Origin: Escherichia coli
GTDB lineage: Bacteria; Pseudomonadota; Gammaproteobacteria; Enterobacterales; Enterobacteriaceae
NCBI RefSeq assembly: GCF_003334815.1
Contig: NZ_QOWO01000013.1
Reading direction: 5' to 3' (one strand)
Length of the DNA stretch: 64,000 nt
Part shown: one piece after another, positions 1-13,805 of the stretch
Numbering within the stretch: the first letter of the stretch is position 1
Layout: the number at the start of each line of letters is the position of its first letter
The notes under the pieces: generated by a model
The model's input: the letters and a program-made list of their open reading frames with translations, nothing else
Told to the model about the DNA's origin: nothing
Database searches by the model: none
Program-made: the position numbers and the translations under genes

Positions 1-627
1 AATTAAGGCTAAGACCACGCCTGCCAGCAGCAGATTTTTCGGTGCGCCGAAGGTGTTATCGCTCATGGCTGCGTAACCGCCGCCAATGGACGTTAACCCA
101 ACCTGAATTAGCGACAGGCCGATAATCATCACCACAACGCCAGAAACCAGCGGCGTAATAATGCGGCGCGCCAGATGCAGAACGCGGGAGATCACCATCT
201 CGGTGCAACTTGCCAGCATCAACGTGCCGAACAAAGCCGCCATCATGGTAGGAACATCAGCACCACCGGTTTTCAGCGCGGTACCGCCCATAATCAGCGG
301 GGCAACAAAGTTGAAGCTGGTGCCCTGAATAGACAACAGCCCGGAGCCAACCGGACCCCAGGCCTTAATTTGAATAATCGATGCCACACCGGAGGCAAAC
401 AGCGACATACTAATAATGTGTTGCGTGTCTTGTGCCGGTAAACCCAGCGCCTGGCAGATTAATAGCGCTGGCGTGATCACCGCAACGAACATCGCCAGCA
501 GATGCTGACAGGCGGCAAACAGGGTTTGAGGAAGCGGCGGACGATCTTCAAGACGGTAAATCAGTTCGCTGTTTTGAGTCTGCGCAACCGGTTGCGCATT
601 TTCTGACTCGAGGGTGGAAACAGACAT
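1..627 (-). CDS. xanP: xanthine permease (NCS2 family), N-terminal part; 3' end of gene lies beyond window start
   Basis: Reverse-strand ATG at 627-625 followed by open frame to position 1 ([16 protein letters not shown]..., multi-TM permease); absent from ORF track because truncated by the window edge. Confidence 0.8.
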
Positions 628-906
628 CGAAAACAATCCCGTGGTAGCAAAGCGGGCATTTTAGCTGACCGAAAGAGAAAAGCAAACGTTTGCCACATCC
701 TCATCTAAATATTTAAATGAGATAAATGCACTTTTTTATATAACTTTTGGTATTTTTCTGCTTAAAATCCATGCCATTTGTTCATTAACAGCTGAGAATT
801 TGACCCAGGAAAGCATAACTCGATACCCGTCATAGTTCATGAAGTTGCCACTGCGCGATGAAGTATGACGAGTATGAAAGAGTGATGCGGATACAAAGGA
901 GTAACT

Positions 907-2112
907 ATGTTTCATCTCGATACTTTAGCAACGCTTGTTGCCGCAACGCTGACGTTGCTGCTCGGGCGTAAGTTGGTCCATTCCGTCTCCTTTTTGAAGA
1001 AATACACCATACCGGAACCTGTTGCGGGTGGTTTGTTGGTGGCGCTGGCGCTACTAGTACTGAAAAAAAGCATGGGCTGGGAAGTCAACTTTGATATGTC
1101 CCTGCGCGATCCGTTAATGCTGGCTTTCTTCGCCACCATTGGCCTGAACGCCAACATTGCCAGTTTGCGTGCCGGTGGGCGTGTGGTTGGCATCTTCTTG
1201 ATTGTGGTTGTTGGTCTGTTGGTGATGCAAAATGCCATTGGCATTGGTATGGCTAGCTTGTTAGGGCTTGATCCGCTGATGGGGCTGTTGGCCGGTTCTA
1301 TTACGCTTTCCGGCGGTCACGGTACGGGCGCTGCGTGGAGTAAATTGTTCATTGAACGTTATGGCTTCACCAATGCGACGGAAGTGGCGATGGCCTGTGC
1401 AACGTTCGGTCTGGTGCTGGGCGGCTTGATTGGCGGTCCGGTGGCGCGCTATCTGGTGAAACACTCCACCACGCCGAACGGTATTCCGGATGACCAGGAA
1501 GTCCCGACGGCGTTTGAAAAGCCGGATGTGGGACGCATGATCACCTCGTTGGTGCTGATTGAAACTATCGCGCTGATTGCTATCTGCCTGACGGTGGGGA
1601 AAATTGTTGCGCAACTTTTGGCTGGCACTGCTTTTGAACTGCCGACCTTCGTCTGTGTACTGTTTGTTGGCGTGATTCTGAGCAACGGTCTGTCAATAAT
1701 GGGCTTTTACCGCGTCTTTGAGCGTGCGGTATCCGTGCTGGGTAACGTAAGCTTGTCGTTGTTCCTGGCGATGGCGTTGATGGGGCTGAAACTGTGGGAG
1801 CTGGCTTCGCTGGCGCTGCCGATGCTGGCGATTCTGGTGGTACAGACCATCTTCATGGCGTTGTATGCCATCTTCGTTACCTGGCGCATGATGGGCAAAA
1901 ACTACGATGCGGCAGTGCTGGCTGCGGGTCACTGTGGTTTTGGCCTCGGTGCAACGCCAACGGCAATCGCCAACATGCAGGCGATCACTGAACGCTTTGG
2001 CCCGTCGCACATGGCGTTTTTGGTGGTGCCGATGGTCGGTGCGTTCTTTATCGATATCGTCAATGCGCTGGTAATTAAGTTGTATTTGATGTTGCCGATT
2101 TTTGCCGGTTAA
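907..2112 (+). CDS. gltS: sodium/glutamate symporter GltS
   Basis: ORF track 401 aa, ATG start; hydrophobic transporter sequence recognised as GltS. Confidence 0.93.
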   Translation: MFHLDTLATLVAATLTLLLGRKLVHSVSFLKKYTIPEPVAGGLLVALALLVLKKSMGWEVNFDMSLRDPLMLAFFATIGLNANIASLRAGGRVVGIFLIVVVGLLVMQNAIGIGMASLLGLDPLMGLLAGSITLSGGHGTGAAWSKLFIERYGFTNATEVAMACATFGLVLGGLIGGPVARYLVKHSTTPNGIPDDQEVPTAFEKPDVGRMITSLVLIETIALIAICLTVGKIVAQLLAGTAFELPTFVCVLFVGVILSNGLSIMGFYRVFERAVSVLGNVSLSLFLAMALMGLKLWELASLALPMLAILVVQTIFMALYAIFVTWRMMGKNYDAAVLAAGHCGFGLGATPTAIANMQAITERFGPSHMAFLVVPMVGAFFIDIVNALVIKLYLMLPIFAG

Positions 2113-2280
2113 CCGATGAAGCGGCGGTAGAAGTGCCGCCGCAACAAAGACAAATGCCTGATACGCTTCGCTTATCAAGCCTGCGTATTGATTCATAATT
2201 TATTGAATTTGTAGGGTGATGAATCGCATCCGGCAGGAAGGTAGGGTAACCTGAAATGGCGGTCTTCTCACTGCCGCCTT

Positions 2281-4362
2281 TTACGCATTCGAGTAACGTT
2301 CCGTCTCCGGCATCCAGCGTTCTATCAGGGCTTTTGCCTGTTGTGGGTAACGTTCGTGAATATGGCGTGCCAGGCGCTGAACTTCCGGGATCATCGCCTG
2401 ATCGCGCAGTAAATCCGCCACTTTAAATTCAGCATTACCCGTCTGACGCGTGCCTAACAATTCGCCAGGGCCGCGAATCTCCAGATCTTTTTGCGCAATC
2501 ACAAAACCGTCGTTACTGTCGCGCAGCACTTGCAGGCGAATTTGCGCCGTTTTAGAAAGCGGCGTTTTGTAGAGCAGCACGCAGTGAGAAGCCACCGCGC
2601 CACGACCTACGCGCCCGCGCAGCTGGTGTAACTGCGCCAGACCCAGACGCTCCGGGTTTTCGATAATCATCAGACTGGCGTTAGGCACATCAACGCCGAC
2701 TTCAATAACGGTTGTGGCAACCAGCAGGTGTAGCTCACCTTGTTTAAACGACGCCATCACCGCCTGTTTCTCGGCAGGTTTCATCCGCCCGTGTACCAGG
2801 CCAACGTTCAACTCTGGTAGCGCCAGTTTCAACTCTTCCCAGGTAGCTTCCGCCGCCTGCGCTTCCAGCAATTCCGACTCTTCAATCAACGTACAAACCC
2901 AGTATGCCTGACGACCTTCAGTTATGCAGGCGTGGTGCACGCGGTCAATGATGTCGGTACGGCGGGTATCAGGAATAGCGACCGTAGTCACTGGCGTGCG
3001 GCCTGGCGGCAGCTCATCTATCACCGAGGTATCGAGATCGGCATACGCAGTCATTGCCAGCGTGCGGGGGATCGGCGTGGCGGTCATGATCAACTGATGC
3101 GGATGGAAGCCCTGCTGCTGGCCTTTCTCCCACAATGCCAGACGCTGATGCACGCCAAAACGATGCTGTTCGTCGATAATCACCAGCGCCAGGCCGTTAA
3201 ACTGCACCTGTTCCTGGAAGATGGCGTGTGTACCGACAATCATCTGCACCTGACCGCTGGCGATGGCTTCCTGCTGTGCCAGCCGTGCTTTACCTTTCTG
3301 CTTACCGGCGAGCCAGCCCACTTCGATACCGAGCGGTGCAAACCAGTTGCGGAAGTTATTGGCGTGCTGCTCGGCGAGTAATTCGGTTGGTGCCATCAAT
3401 GCTACCTGTTTGCCGTGGGCAATCGCACGCAACGCGGCGAGGGCGGCGACCAGCGTTTTACCGGAACCTACATCGCCCTGCACCAGACGCATCATCGGCA
3501 CATCCAGCGCCATATCGCGCTCGATCTCCGCCACTACGCGTGCCTGTGCGCCCGTTGGCTTGAACGGTAAGGCGGCGAGGAGTTTATTTTTCAGCGTGTC
3601 ATTGGCGCTCAGCGGCTGGGCATGAAAACGCTGTGCTCCGGCACGTAAGGCTAACATGCTGAGGTTGTGCGCCAGCAGTTCTTCCAGAATCAGACGACGT
3701 TGCGCCGGATGCTGCCCGGTTTCCAGATCGCTAAGCTGTAGCGTCGGTGGCGGGCGGTGCAAAGTGCGCAACGCTTCCGGTAGCGTCATCATTCCTTGTG
3801 ACAGTTCCGGCGGCAGGAGTTCTTCAATGGCGCAGGTGTCGAGCAGATCCAGCGCCTGGTCGGTTAATTTACGCAGCGTGGCCTGCTTTACGCCTTCCGT
3901 TGTTGGATAAACCGGCGTGAGCGTTTCCTGTAATTCTGGCGTGCTGAGATCGCCCTGCACGCGGTATTCCGGGTGGATCATCTCCGCACCATATTTACCG
4001 CGCTTTGCTTCGCCATAAGCCAGTACACGGCGGCCCGCCGCCAGGCTATTTTTCATTGCCGCGCTGAAATTGAAAAAGCGCATGGTGAGGATGCCGGAAC
4101 CGTCGCTGATCTGGCAGGTCATCATCCGCCGACCGCCGAAGGAGATATTGCAGTTCAGCACTTCGCCTTCCACCGTGGCATAAACGCCCGGCAGTAGTTC
4201 TCCGATGGGGTAGAGATGGGTGCGATCTTCGTAGCGCAGGGGAAGGTGTAAGAGTAGATCCTGCACGGTATGCAGGTTGATTTTCGCCAGTTTGTTACTA
4301 AGTGCTGCGCCAACGCCCGTTAGGGAACTGAGTGGGACAGCATCTAACAGGCGACCTTTCAT
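2281..4362 (-). CDS. recG: ATP-dependent DNA helicase RecG
   Basis: ORF track 2281..4395; conserved N-terminus MKGRLLDAVPL begins at internal ATG 4362 (693 aa); Walker A GSGKT and DEQHRFG helicase motifs present. Confidence 0.93.
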   Translation of the reverse strand: MKGRLLDAVPLSSLTGVGAALSNKLAKINLHTVQDLLLHLPLRYEDRTHLYPIGELLPGVYATVEGEVLNCNISFGGRRMMTCQISDGSGILTMRFFNFSAAMKNSLAAGRRVLAYGEAKRGKYGAEMIHPEYRVQGDLSTPELQETLTPVYPTTEGVKQATLRKLTDQALDLLDTCAIEELLPPELSQGMMTLPEALRTLHRPPPTLQLSDLETGQHPAQRRLILEELLAHNLSMLALRAGAQRFHAQPLSANDTLKNKLLAALPFKPTGAQARVVAEIERDMALDVPMMRLVQGDVGSGKTLVAALAALRAIAHGKQVALMAPTELLAEQHANNFRNWFAPLGIEVGWLAGKQKGKARLAQQEAIASGQVQMIVGTHAIFQEQVQFNGLALVIIDEQHRFGVHQRLALWEKGQQQGFHPHQLIMTATPIPRTLAMTAYADLDTSVIDELPPGRTPVTTVAIPDTRRTDIIDRVHHACITEGRQAYWVCTLIEESELLEAQAAEATWEELKLALPELNVGLVHGRMKPAEKQAVMASFKQGELHLLVATTVIEVGVDVPNASLMIIENPERLGLAQLHQLRGRVGRGAVASHCVLLYKTPLSKTAQIRLQVLRDSNDGFVIAQKDLEIRGPGELLGTRQTGNAEFKVADLLRDQAMIPEVQRLARHIHERYPQQAKALIERWMPETERYSNA

Positions 4363-4367
4363 GGCAC

Positions 4368-5057
4368 TTACCCTGCAGCCTGCATAGTAGCCCACCAGTC
4401 GGCATCAGCTTCGATCTCGCCTTGCTGATTGACGTGGGGATAAGGCAGGCCTTTGCGTTTTGCGACTTTCGCCAGCACCGGATAGCCGCCTTCAAACAAC
4501 AGGCGTTGTTGCTCTGCTTCCGGCAACATGCTGTTTTCACGCAGGTACATGCCTGCATTTTGCCGCTGACGCTGGGCTTCGTAAAGAATGAGGGCTGAGG
4601 CAACGGAAACATTCAGCGACTGCACCATGCCGATCATCGGAATGATGATGTCCTGATCCGCCAGGGCCAATGCTTCCTGCGTGATGCCCGTTTTCTCCTG
4701 TCCCATCAAAATGCAGGTCGGGCGAGTGTAATCAATTTCGCGGAAATCGACAGCGTTATCAGAAAGATGGGTTGCCAGAATCTGCATGCCCTGGCCTTTG
4801 AGATGAGCGACGGCATCGCCAATGGTGCGGTGTGTTTTCACCTGTACCCAGCTGTTACTACCCGCCGCTGCCGAAGCCATGGTGCGCATGCGGCTACCAG
4901 GCCAGACGGCGTGAACTTCATGTACGCCAACGGCATCTGCGGTACGAATAATCGCAGAAACGTTATGAGGTTTGTGGACCTGCTCCATGCAGACGGTCAG
5001 ATCAGGCTGCCGCCTGGCGAGCATTTCGCAGATGCGTGCATAACGTGTTGGGTTCAT
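4368..5057 (-). CDS. trmH: tRNA (Gm18) 2'-O-methyltransferase TrmH (SpoU)
   Basis: ORF track 229 aa; SPOUT methyltransferase; sits between spoT and recG. Confidence 0.9.
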   Translation of the reverse strand: MNPTRYARICEMLARRQPDLTVCMEQVHKPHNVSAIIRTADAVGVHEVHAVWPGSRMRTMASAAAGSNSWVQVKTHRTIGDAVAHLKGQGMQILATHLSDNAVDFREIDYTRPTCILMGQEKTGITQEALALADQDIIIPMIGMVQSLNVSVASALILYEAQRQRQNAGMYLRENSMLPEAEQQRLLFEGGYPVLAKVAKRKGLPYPHVNQQGEIEADADWWATMQAAG

Positions 5058-5063
5058 AAAACA

Positions 5064-7172
5064 TTAATTTCGGTTTCGGGTGACTTTAATCACGTCTGGC
5101 ATCACGCGGATTTTGCGCATGATATTCGCCAGATGCACACGGTCACGAGCGGTCAGACGAATAAAGGCGCTGTAGACGCGACCATCTTTCTCTTCCGTAT
5201 TCAAACTTTGAATATTCGAAGTCGTGGTGTTAATTGCCGCCGTCAGGTTTGCCAGCGCACCCTGATGATTGAACATCTCCACCTTGATTTCGGTGATGAA
5301 CTCCTGCGCCGTCTCTTTATCCCATTCCACAGCCATAAACTTCTCTGGCTCTTTCTGGTAGCCACGGATATTACGGCAGGATTCATGGTGGATCACCAGA
5401 CCTTTACCGGGGCTGACGTGGGCGATAATCGGGTCGCCAGGAATAGGGCGGCAGCATTTCGCAAAGGTGATCAGCACGCCATCGGCACCTTTAATGGGCA
5501 GATGTCCGTGGCTTTGGGTTGCCGGTGGAATGGAGGCGTCCCCATGTTGCAGATTTTTCGCGACCACCACGCTCATTGCGTTACCAAGTCCGATTTCTGC
5601 CAGCAGATCGTCAAGCGTTGCCAGCTTCATGCGATCCAGCTCGCGCTGAATATTTTCCTGCGGGATTTCATTCAGCTTACGGCTACCACCCAAAGCATGG
5701 TTGAGCAGACGACGGCCCAGGCTTACAGAATCATCACGCTTGAGGTTTTTCAGCAACTGACGAATTTTGGCGCGCGCTTTCGAGCTAACGACAAAGTTCA
5801 GCCAAGCGGCATTCGGGCGAGCGCCCGGAGCGGTAATGATTTCAACGGTTTGACCGCTGGTAAGCGGCTGCGACAGCGGGTAAGGCTGGCGGTCAACGCG
5901 TGCGCCCACGCAGGCATGACCGATATCGGTATGCACTGCATAAGCGAAGTCGACGGGCGTTGCACCGGCAGGCAGCTCGACAATGCGCCCTTCCGGTGTG
6001 AAAACGTAAATCTCATCCGGGAAGAGATCGGATTTAACGCTCTCGATAAATTCAAACGAACTACCGGCGCTCTGTTGCAGCTCCAGCAGGCTTTGCATCC
6101 AGCGCTGGGCGCGGATTTGTGCGGTAGTACTGGTTTCGCCGTGCTCTTTATAAGCCCAGTGCGCGGCAACACCCATCTCCGCCATCTGGTCCATATCTTC
6201 GGTACGGATCTGGACCTCAACCGGCACACCGTGCGGGCCGATCATCGAGGTGTGCAAAGACTGATAGCCGTTCGCTTTTGGAATGGCGATATAGTCTTTC
6301 ACGCGGCCCGGACGCGGCTTGTACAGGCTGTGCATCTGGCCCAGCACGCGATAACAGGTGTCAGAATCATTGACGATCACGCGGAAAGCGTAGATGTCCA
6401 TGATCGAGTGAAAACGCTGCTCTTTGAGCACCATTTTGCAGTAAATCGAATAAAGATGCTTCTCGCGACCACTGACGCGGCACGGTATTCCCGCTTCCTG
6501 CAAACGCCCTTCGATTTCAGAAAGAATCTTCTGGATCATCTCTTTACGGTTGCCGCGCGCGGCTTTCACCACTTCTTTGATTACGCGATAACGGTTGGGA
6601 TACAGCGCCTCAAAACCCAGCTCTTCGAGTTCGGTTTTAATGTGGTGGATACCTAAACGGTGCGCCAGCGGGCTATAAATTTCGAGAGTTTCACGGGCGA
6701 TGCGGCGACGTTTGTCCGGGCGAAGTGAGCCCAGCGTGCGCATGTTGTGGGTACGGTCGGCAAGTTTGATGAGGATGACGCGGATATCCTGCACCATCGC
6801 CATAATCATCTTGCGAAAGTTTTCGGCCTGCGCCTCTTTCTTATCGCGGAACTTGAGTTTATCAAGTTTCGACACCCCCTCTACCAGCTCGGCGACGCTT
6901 TTACCAAAAAGCTGTTCCATATCCTGGTAGGTGGCGGGAGTATCTTCAATCACGTCATGCAGCAGCGCCGCCATCAGCGTTTCATAGTCGAGTTTCATCT
7001 CGGCCAGAATGCAGGCAACCGCTACCGGGTGCGTGATATAGGGTTCACCGCTTGAACGTGTTTGCCCCTCGTGAGCATCACGTGCAACGAGATACGCCTG
7101 CCGCAGACGCTTGATTTGGTCTTCCGGCAGGTAGGTTTGAATCAGTTGATTCAGGCTTTCAAACAGATACAA
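5064..7172 (-). CDS. spoT: bifunctional (p)ppGpp synthetase/hydrolase SpoT
   Basis: ORF track 702 aa; HD hydrolase motif (HDVIEDT) plus RelA/SpoT synthetase region; directly downstream of rpoZ. Confidence 0.95.
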   Translation of the reverse strand: MYLFESLNQLIQTYLPEDQIKRLRQAYLVARDAHEGQTRSSGEPYITHPVAVACILAEMKLDYETLMAALLHDVIEDTPATYQDMEQLFGKSVAELVEGVSKLDKLKFRDKKEAQAENFRKMIMAMVQDIRVILIKLADRTHNMRTLGSLRPDKRRRIARETLEIYSPLAHRLGIHHIKTELEELGFEALYPNRYRVIKEVVKAARGNRKEMIQKILSEIEGRLQEAGIPCRVSGREKHLYSIYCKMVLKEQRFHSIMDIYAFRVIVNDSDTCYRVLGQMHSLYKPRPGRVKDYIAIPKANGYQSLHTSMIGPHGVPVEVQIRTEDMDQMAEMGVAAHWAYKEHGETSTTAQIRAQRWMQSLLELQQSAGSSFEFIESVKSDLFPDEIYVFTPEGRIVELPAGATPVDFAYAVHTDIGHACVGARVDRQPYPLSQPLTSGQTVEIITAPGARPNAAWLNFVVSSKARAKIRQLLKNLKRDDSVSLGRRLLNHALGGSRKLNEIPQENIQRELDRMKLATLDDLLAEIGLGNAMSVVVAKNLQHGDASIPPATQSHGHLPIKGADGVLITFAKCCRPIPGDPIIAHVSPGKGLVIHHESCRNIRGYQKEPEKFMAVEWDKETAQEFITEIKVEMFNHQGALANLTAAINTTTSNIQSLNTEEKDGRVYSAFIRLTARDRVHLANIMRKIRVMPDVIKVTRNRN

Positions 7173-7190
7173 GGGCGACCCGCTTTGTGA

Positions 7191-7466
7191 TTAACGACGA
7201 CCTTCAGCAATAGCGGTAACGGCTTGTAATTCAGCGGCTTCCTGCTCTTGCTGTTCCTGGCGTTCGCGAACGTCGAGGATCTGGTTGTTGATCAGACCTT
7301 CTTCGATTTCGCGCAGCGCGATTACAGTGGTTTTATCGTTTTCTTCCGGTACCAGCGGATCCTTTCCGCCTACCTGCATCTGACGAGCGCGACGCGCGGC
7401 GACCAGTACCAGGTCAAAACGGTTACCAATTTTCTCTACAGCGTCCTGAACAGTTACGCGTGCCAT
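7191..7466 (-). CDS. rpoZ: RNA polymerase omega subunit
   Basis: ORF track 91 aa [31 protein letters not shown]... Confidence 0.95.
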
Positions 7467-7520
7467 ACTTAAAAAGCTCCACAGGTGAAGAAATGACTGG
7501 GCATGATACTGAAATCAGGT

Positions 7521-10698
<3,178 letters not shown>

Positions 10699-10988
10699 GG
10701 TTCTCTCCCTAAAAATCTGTCTGGCAGGGTAGCGATTTGTGCGCATTGTCACGATTGAGATTTTTTAAGGGGAGGGGAAATTGATAACTTGTAGTTATGT
10801 GAAATCGCTATTTTCTGTAGCAGAGATGCATTCTTCTGACTTCTTGTCTGAGAAAATGCATAAGAAAAAATAGGTTAAAACTGAGGGGGGAAAAGAAAGG
10901 TGCAATATTTAGCCATTGTGTTCACTGCACCTGGACCTTGGCTTACGCATCGGGTGTCTCAATCAACAAAAAGAGTTTTTAGTTTCTG

Positions 10989-11813
10989 CTATTTCTTCTC
11001 TGTAATTTTTACACTGTTTTCCAACTGCTTGATGCTGACCTGCGGGGTCGGCAACTCCTCAGGCATGGTTCCGCCAAGTTCCTGAATGGTTTGCCTCACC
11101 TTGCGACCCACGTCAAAGTGTGTGGTGTTTGCTTGCTGTTTTGAATTCACGCCATCCCGCTTGAGTTTTTCTTCTGTTTGGGTAGCTCGAAAGAGATTAG
11201 CCGCCAGTTCTGTTGAACCCATATGATCCAGGATCTTCTGATTCTTTTTCAGCCCCTTCCGCTGATGAATAGCTTTCTGATCTAATCCACCATACAGCCC
11301 CTGGTAACCATGATTCTGAAATATGGCGAAATCAGTAGCTGTCGCTACCCCAGCTTGCTGTGCTGCCTCAACCAATTGTTTGTTATGTTCTTTCAACTCA
11401 TTTCTCAGAAACAGACGCTTTTCGTCTTCACGAAGTTGCTTAAATGCTTCATCGTCAGCAAGCTCCTGCCGTCGGGTCTGGATAGCAAAATAAGTCTGCC
11501 CTGCCGCAATGACCGGTTTCGCAGGGTCGCCGTTTTGTACTACCAGGTAACAGGCATAGCGGGAGAGTACGATGTCTTTTAATGCTCTTTTGGCATTTGA
11601 GCCAATTTTGACCATATCGAGGATCTCCTCGAAATGGTCATCAATTGTGTGACCACTGTTCTCACAGGCTTCTTTGGCGCGCGTTAATACAGGTATAAAG
11701 TGACGATACTCTGAATAACCCAGTAGTTTCCCAAGTTGTCTTGCTGACCATTGTTCTGCTCCGTTTGCATTAATCAGTTTTATCTCTTCAAAAGGTTGAT
11801 GATGTTCGTTCAT
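10989..11813 (-). CDS. dinD: DNA damage-inducible protein DinD
   Basis: ORF track 10989..11825; start MNEHHQPFEEI at ATG 11813 (274 aa); LexA box about 45 bp upstream. Confidence 0.82.
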   Translation of the reverse strand: MNEHHQPFEEIKLINANGAEQWSARQLGKLLGYSEYRHFIPVLTRAKEACENSGHTIDDHFEEILDMVKIGSNAKRALKDIVLSRYACYLVVQNGDPAKPVIAAGQTYFAIQTRRQELADDEAFKQLREDEKRLFLRNELKEHNKQLVEAAQQAGVATATDFAIFQNHGYQGLYGGLDQKAIHQRKGLKKNQKILDHMGSTELAANLFRATQTEEKLKRDGVNSKQQANTTHFDVGRKVRQTIQELGGTMPEELPTPQVSIKQLENSVKITEKK

Positions 11814-11856
11814 TGCCCACTCCATGTGATATCAATTGCAAAGAAAGTAAATCTGT

Positions 11857-11876
11857 AACTGTATTTATATACAGTT
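11857..11876 (-). promoter_or_regulatory. LexA (SOS) box upstream of dinD
   Basis: aaCTGTatttatatACAGtt fits the CTGT-N8-ACAG SOS-box consensus. Confidence 0.65.
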
Positions 11877-12033
11877 GTGAGTATCTCACGTTCTCAGTGT
11901 GCTGGGCAAAAAAACATCGCAAAATCTGGAGCAGGCACGCAAAACAGAATTGAATGTTGCGGGGAAGAAAAATGCCGCTCTGTTTGAGTGGCGGCATTTG
12001 TGAAGGCGGAAAAGTAAGAATTGGCGTTACGAG

Positions 12034-12897
12034 TTATTCGATGTTCTGAATCTGCTCGCGCATCTGCTCAATCAACACTTTCAGCTCGATGGCGGAGTTT
12101 GTCACTTCGGCATTGATAGACTTCGACGCAAGAGTGTTCGACTCGCGGTTGAACTCCTGCATCATAAAATCCAGACGACGACCAACCGCTTCTTTTTTCT
12201 TCAGAATGTTGTAGGTCTCTTTGACATGCGCTTCGAGGCGATCCAGTTCTTCGGCAACGTCAATTCGTTGTGCCAGCAGAACCAGTTCCTGCTCCAGACG
12301 GTTGTTTTCCAGTTGCACCTGAGCATCTTCCAGCTTCGCGACCAGACGCTCACGCTGCCATTGCAGGATTTCCGGCATATGGGAGCGGACTTTGACCACT
12401 TCGGCGGTGACGCCTTCCAGACGCTGCTCGATCAATGCTTTCAGTGCCTGACCTTCGGTTTCGCGCGCGACAATAAAGTCGTCCAGCGTACCATCCAGCG
12501 CCGCGAGAATTTCAGCGGCAATGGCGTCAAGATCCTGCTCCTGGGCTGCCATCACGCCCGGCCAGCGTAGAATATCAACCGGGTTGATTTCCCCTTCGTC
12601 ACTCTGCATTTTTACCCAGTTCGCGGCAGTTACCAGCTGTTTAGCCAGTTTTTCGTTGAGGATCAGCTCACCTTGCGCGCTAACATCTGGCTCATAGCGC
12701 AGGGTACATTCCACTTTACCGCGCGTCAGGCGAGAACGAATACGCTCGCGAACGACAGGTTCAAGGCTACGGAACTGCTCCGGCAGACGAAAGTAAGTTT
12801 CCAGATAACGCTGGTTTACCGAGCGCATTTCCCAGGTTGCGCTCCCCCATTCACCCTTGATTTCACGCCGGGCGTAGGCGGTCATACTGCGGATCAT
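12034..12897 (-). CDS. yicC: YicC-family stress-induced protein
   Basis: ORF track 287 aa MIRSMTAYARREIK...; divergent from rph. Confidence 0.88.
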   Translation of the reverse strand: MIRSMTAYARREIKGEWGSATWEMRSVNQRYLETYFRLPEQFRSLEPVVRERIRSRLTRGKVECTLRYEPDVSAQGELILNEKLAKQLVTAANWVKMQSDEGEINPVDILRWPGVMAAQEQDLDAIAAEILAALDGTLDDFIVARETEGQALKALIEQRLEGVTAEVVKVRSHMPEILQWQRERLVAKLEDAQVQLENNRLEQELVLLAQRIDVAEELDRLEAHVKETYNILKKKEAVGRRLDFMMQEFNRESNTLASKSINAEVTNSAIELKVLIEQMREQIQNIE

Positions 12898-13023
12898 AGA
12901 CGTTCCTGTTTATAAAAGGAGAGGTGGAAGGATTATAGCCATCGATGCCTTGTCAGGATAGGAATAACCGCCGGAAGTCCGTATAATGCGCAGCCACATT
13001 TGTTTCAAGCCGGAGATTTCAAT

Positions 13024-13740
13024 ATGCGTCCAGCAGGCCGTAGCAATAATCAGGTGCGTCCCGTTACCCTGACTCGTAACTATACAAAACATGCAGAAGG
13101 CTCGGTGCTGGTCGAATTTGGCGATACCAAAGTGTTGTGTACCGCCTCTATTGAAGAAGGCGTGCCGCGCTTCCTGAAAGGTCAGGGCCAGGGCTGGATC
13201 ACCGCAGAGTACGGCATGCTGCCACGTTCTACCCACACCCGTAACGCTCGTGAAGCGGCGAAAGGTAAGCAGGGTGGACGCACAATGGAAATCCAGCGTC
13301 TGATCGCCCGTGCTCTTCGCGCGGCAGTAGATTTGAAAGCGCTGGGTGAGTTCACCATTACGCTGGACTGCGACGTGCTTCAGGCTGATGGTGGCACGCG
13401 TACCGCGTCGATTACGGGTGCCTGCGTGGCGCTGGTAGATGCGCTACAGAAGCTGGTGGAAAACGGCAAGCTGAAAACCAATCCGATGAAAGGGATGGTA
13501 GCCGCAGTTTCTGTCGGAATTGTGAACGGCGAAGCGGTTTGCGATCTGGAATACGTTGAAGACTCTGCCGCAGAGACCGACATGAACGTAGTGATGACCG
13601 AAGACGGGCGCATCATTGAAGTGCAGGGGACGGCAGAAGGCGAGCCGTTCACCCATGAAGAGCTACTCACCTTGTTGGCTCTGGCCCGAGGGGGAATCGA
13701 ATCCATTGTAGCGACGCAGAAGGCGGCGCTGGCAAACTGA
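13024..13740 (+). CDS. rph: ribonuclease PH, full-length 238-aa form
   Basis: ORF track 13000..13740 starts at TTG; conserved start [14 protein letters not shown] at ATG 13024; C-terminus ...[11 protein letters not shown] intact. Confidence 0.92.
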   Translation: MRPAGRSNNQVRPVTLTRNYTKHAEGSVLVEFGDTKVLCTASIEEGVPRFLKGQGQGWITAEYGMLPRSTHTRNAREAAKGKQGGRTMEIQRLIARALRAAVDLKALGEFTITLDCDVLQADGGTRTASITGACVALVDALQKLVENGKLKTNPMKGMVAAVSVGIVNGEAVCDLEYVEDSAAETDMNVVMTEDGRIIEVQGTAEGEPFTHEELLTLLALARGGIESIVATQKAALAN

Positions 13741-13747
13741 TTTTTAA

Positions 13748-13773
13748 GGCGACTGATGAGTCGCCTTTTTTTT
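13748..13773 (+). terminator. pyrE leader attenuator (intrinsic terminator hairpin + T8)
   Basis: GGCGACT-gatg-AGTCGCC stem followed by TTTTTTTT; starts 7 nt after rph stop, 33 nt before pyrE ATG. Confidence 0.8.
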
Positions 13774-13805
13774 GTCTGTAGAAAAGTAAGATGAGGAGCG
13801 AAGGC

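Noticed and set aside
2121-2142. Hairpin GCGGCGG-N8-CCGCCGC just after gltS as an intrinsic terminator
   Set aside because: No T-run on either strand. A second weak hairpin at 2258-2278 followed by TTTT is a better candidate but overlaps the recG stop, so neither is listed as a feature
4767-6656. 629-aa plus-strand ORF antisense to trmH and spoT, and similar long antisense ORFs at 1693-2196, 37574-38200, 38509-39075, 42346-43230, 43297-44178 and 55880-56659
   Set aside because: Each lies entirely inside a well-supported gene on the opposite strand, has no recognisable protein family features or ribosome-binding site, and is explained by the low stop-codon frequency opposite GC-rich coding sequence
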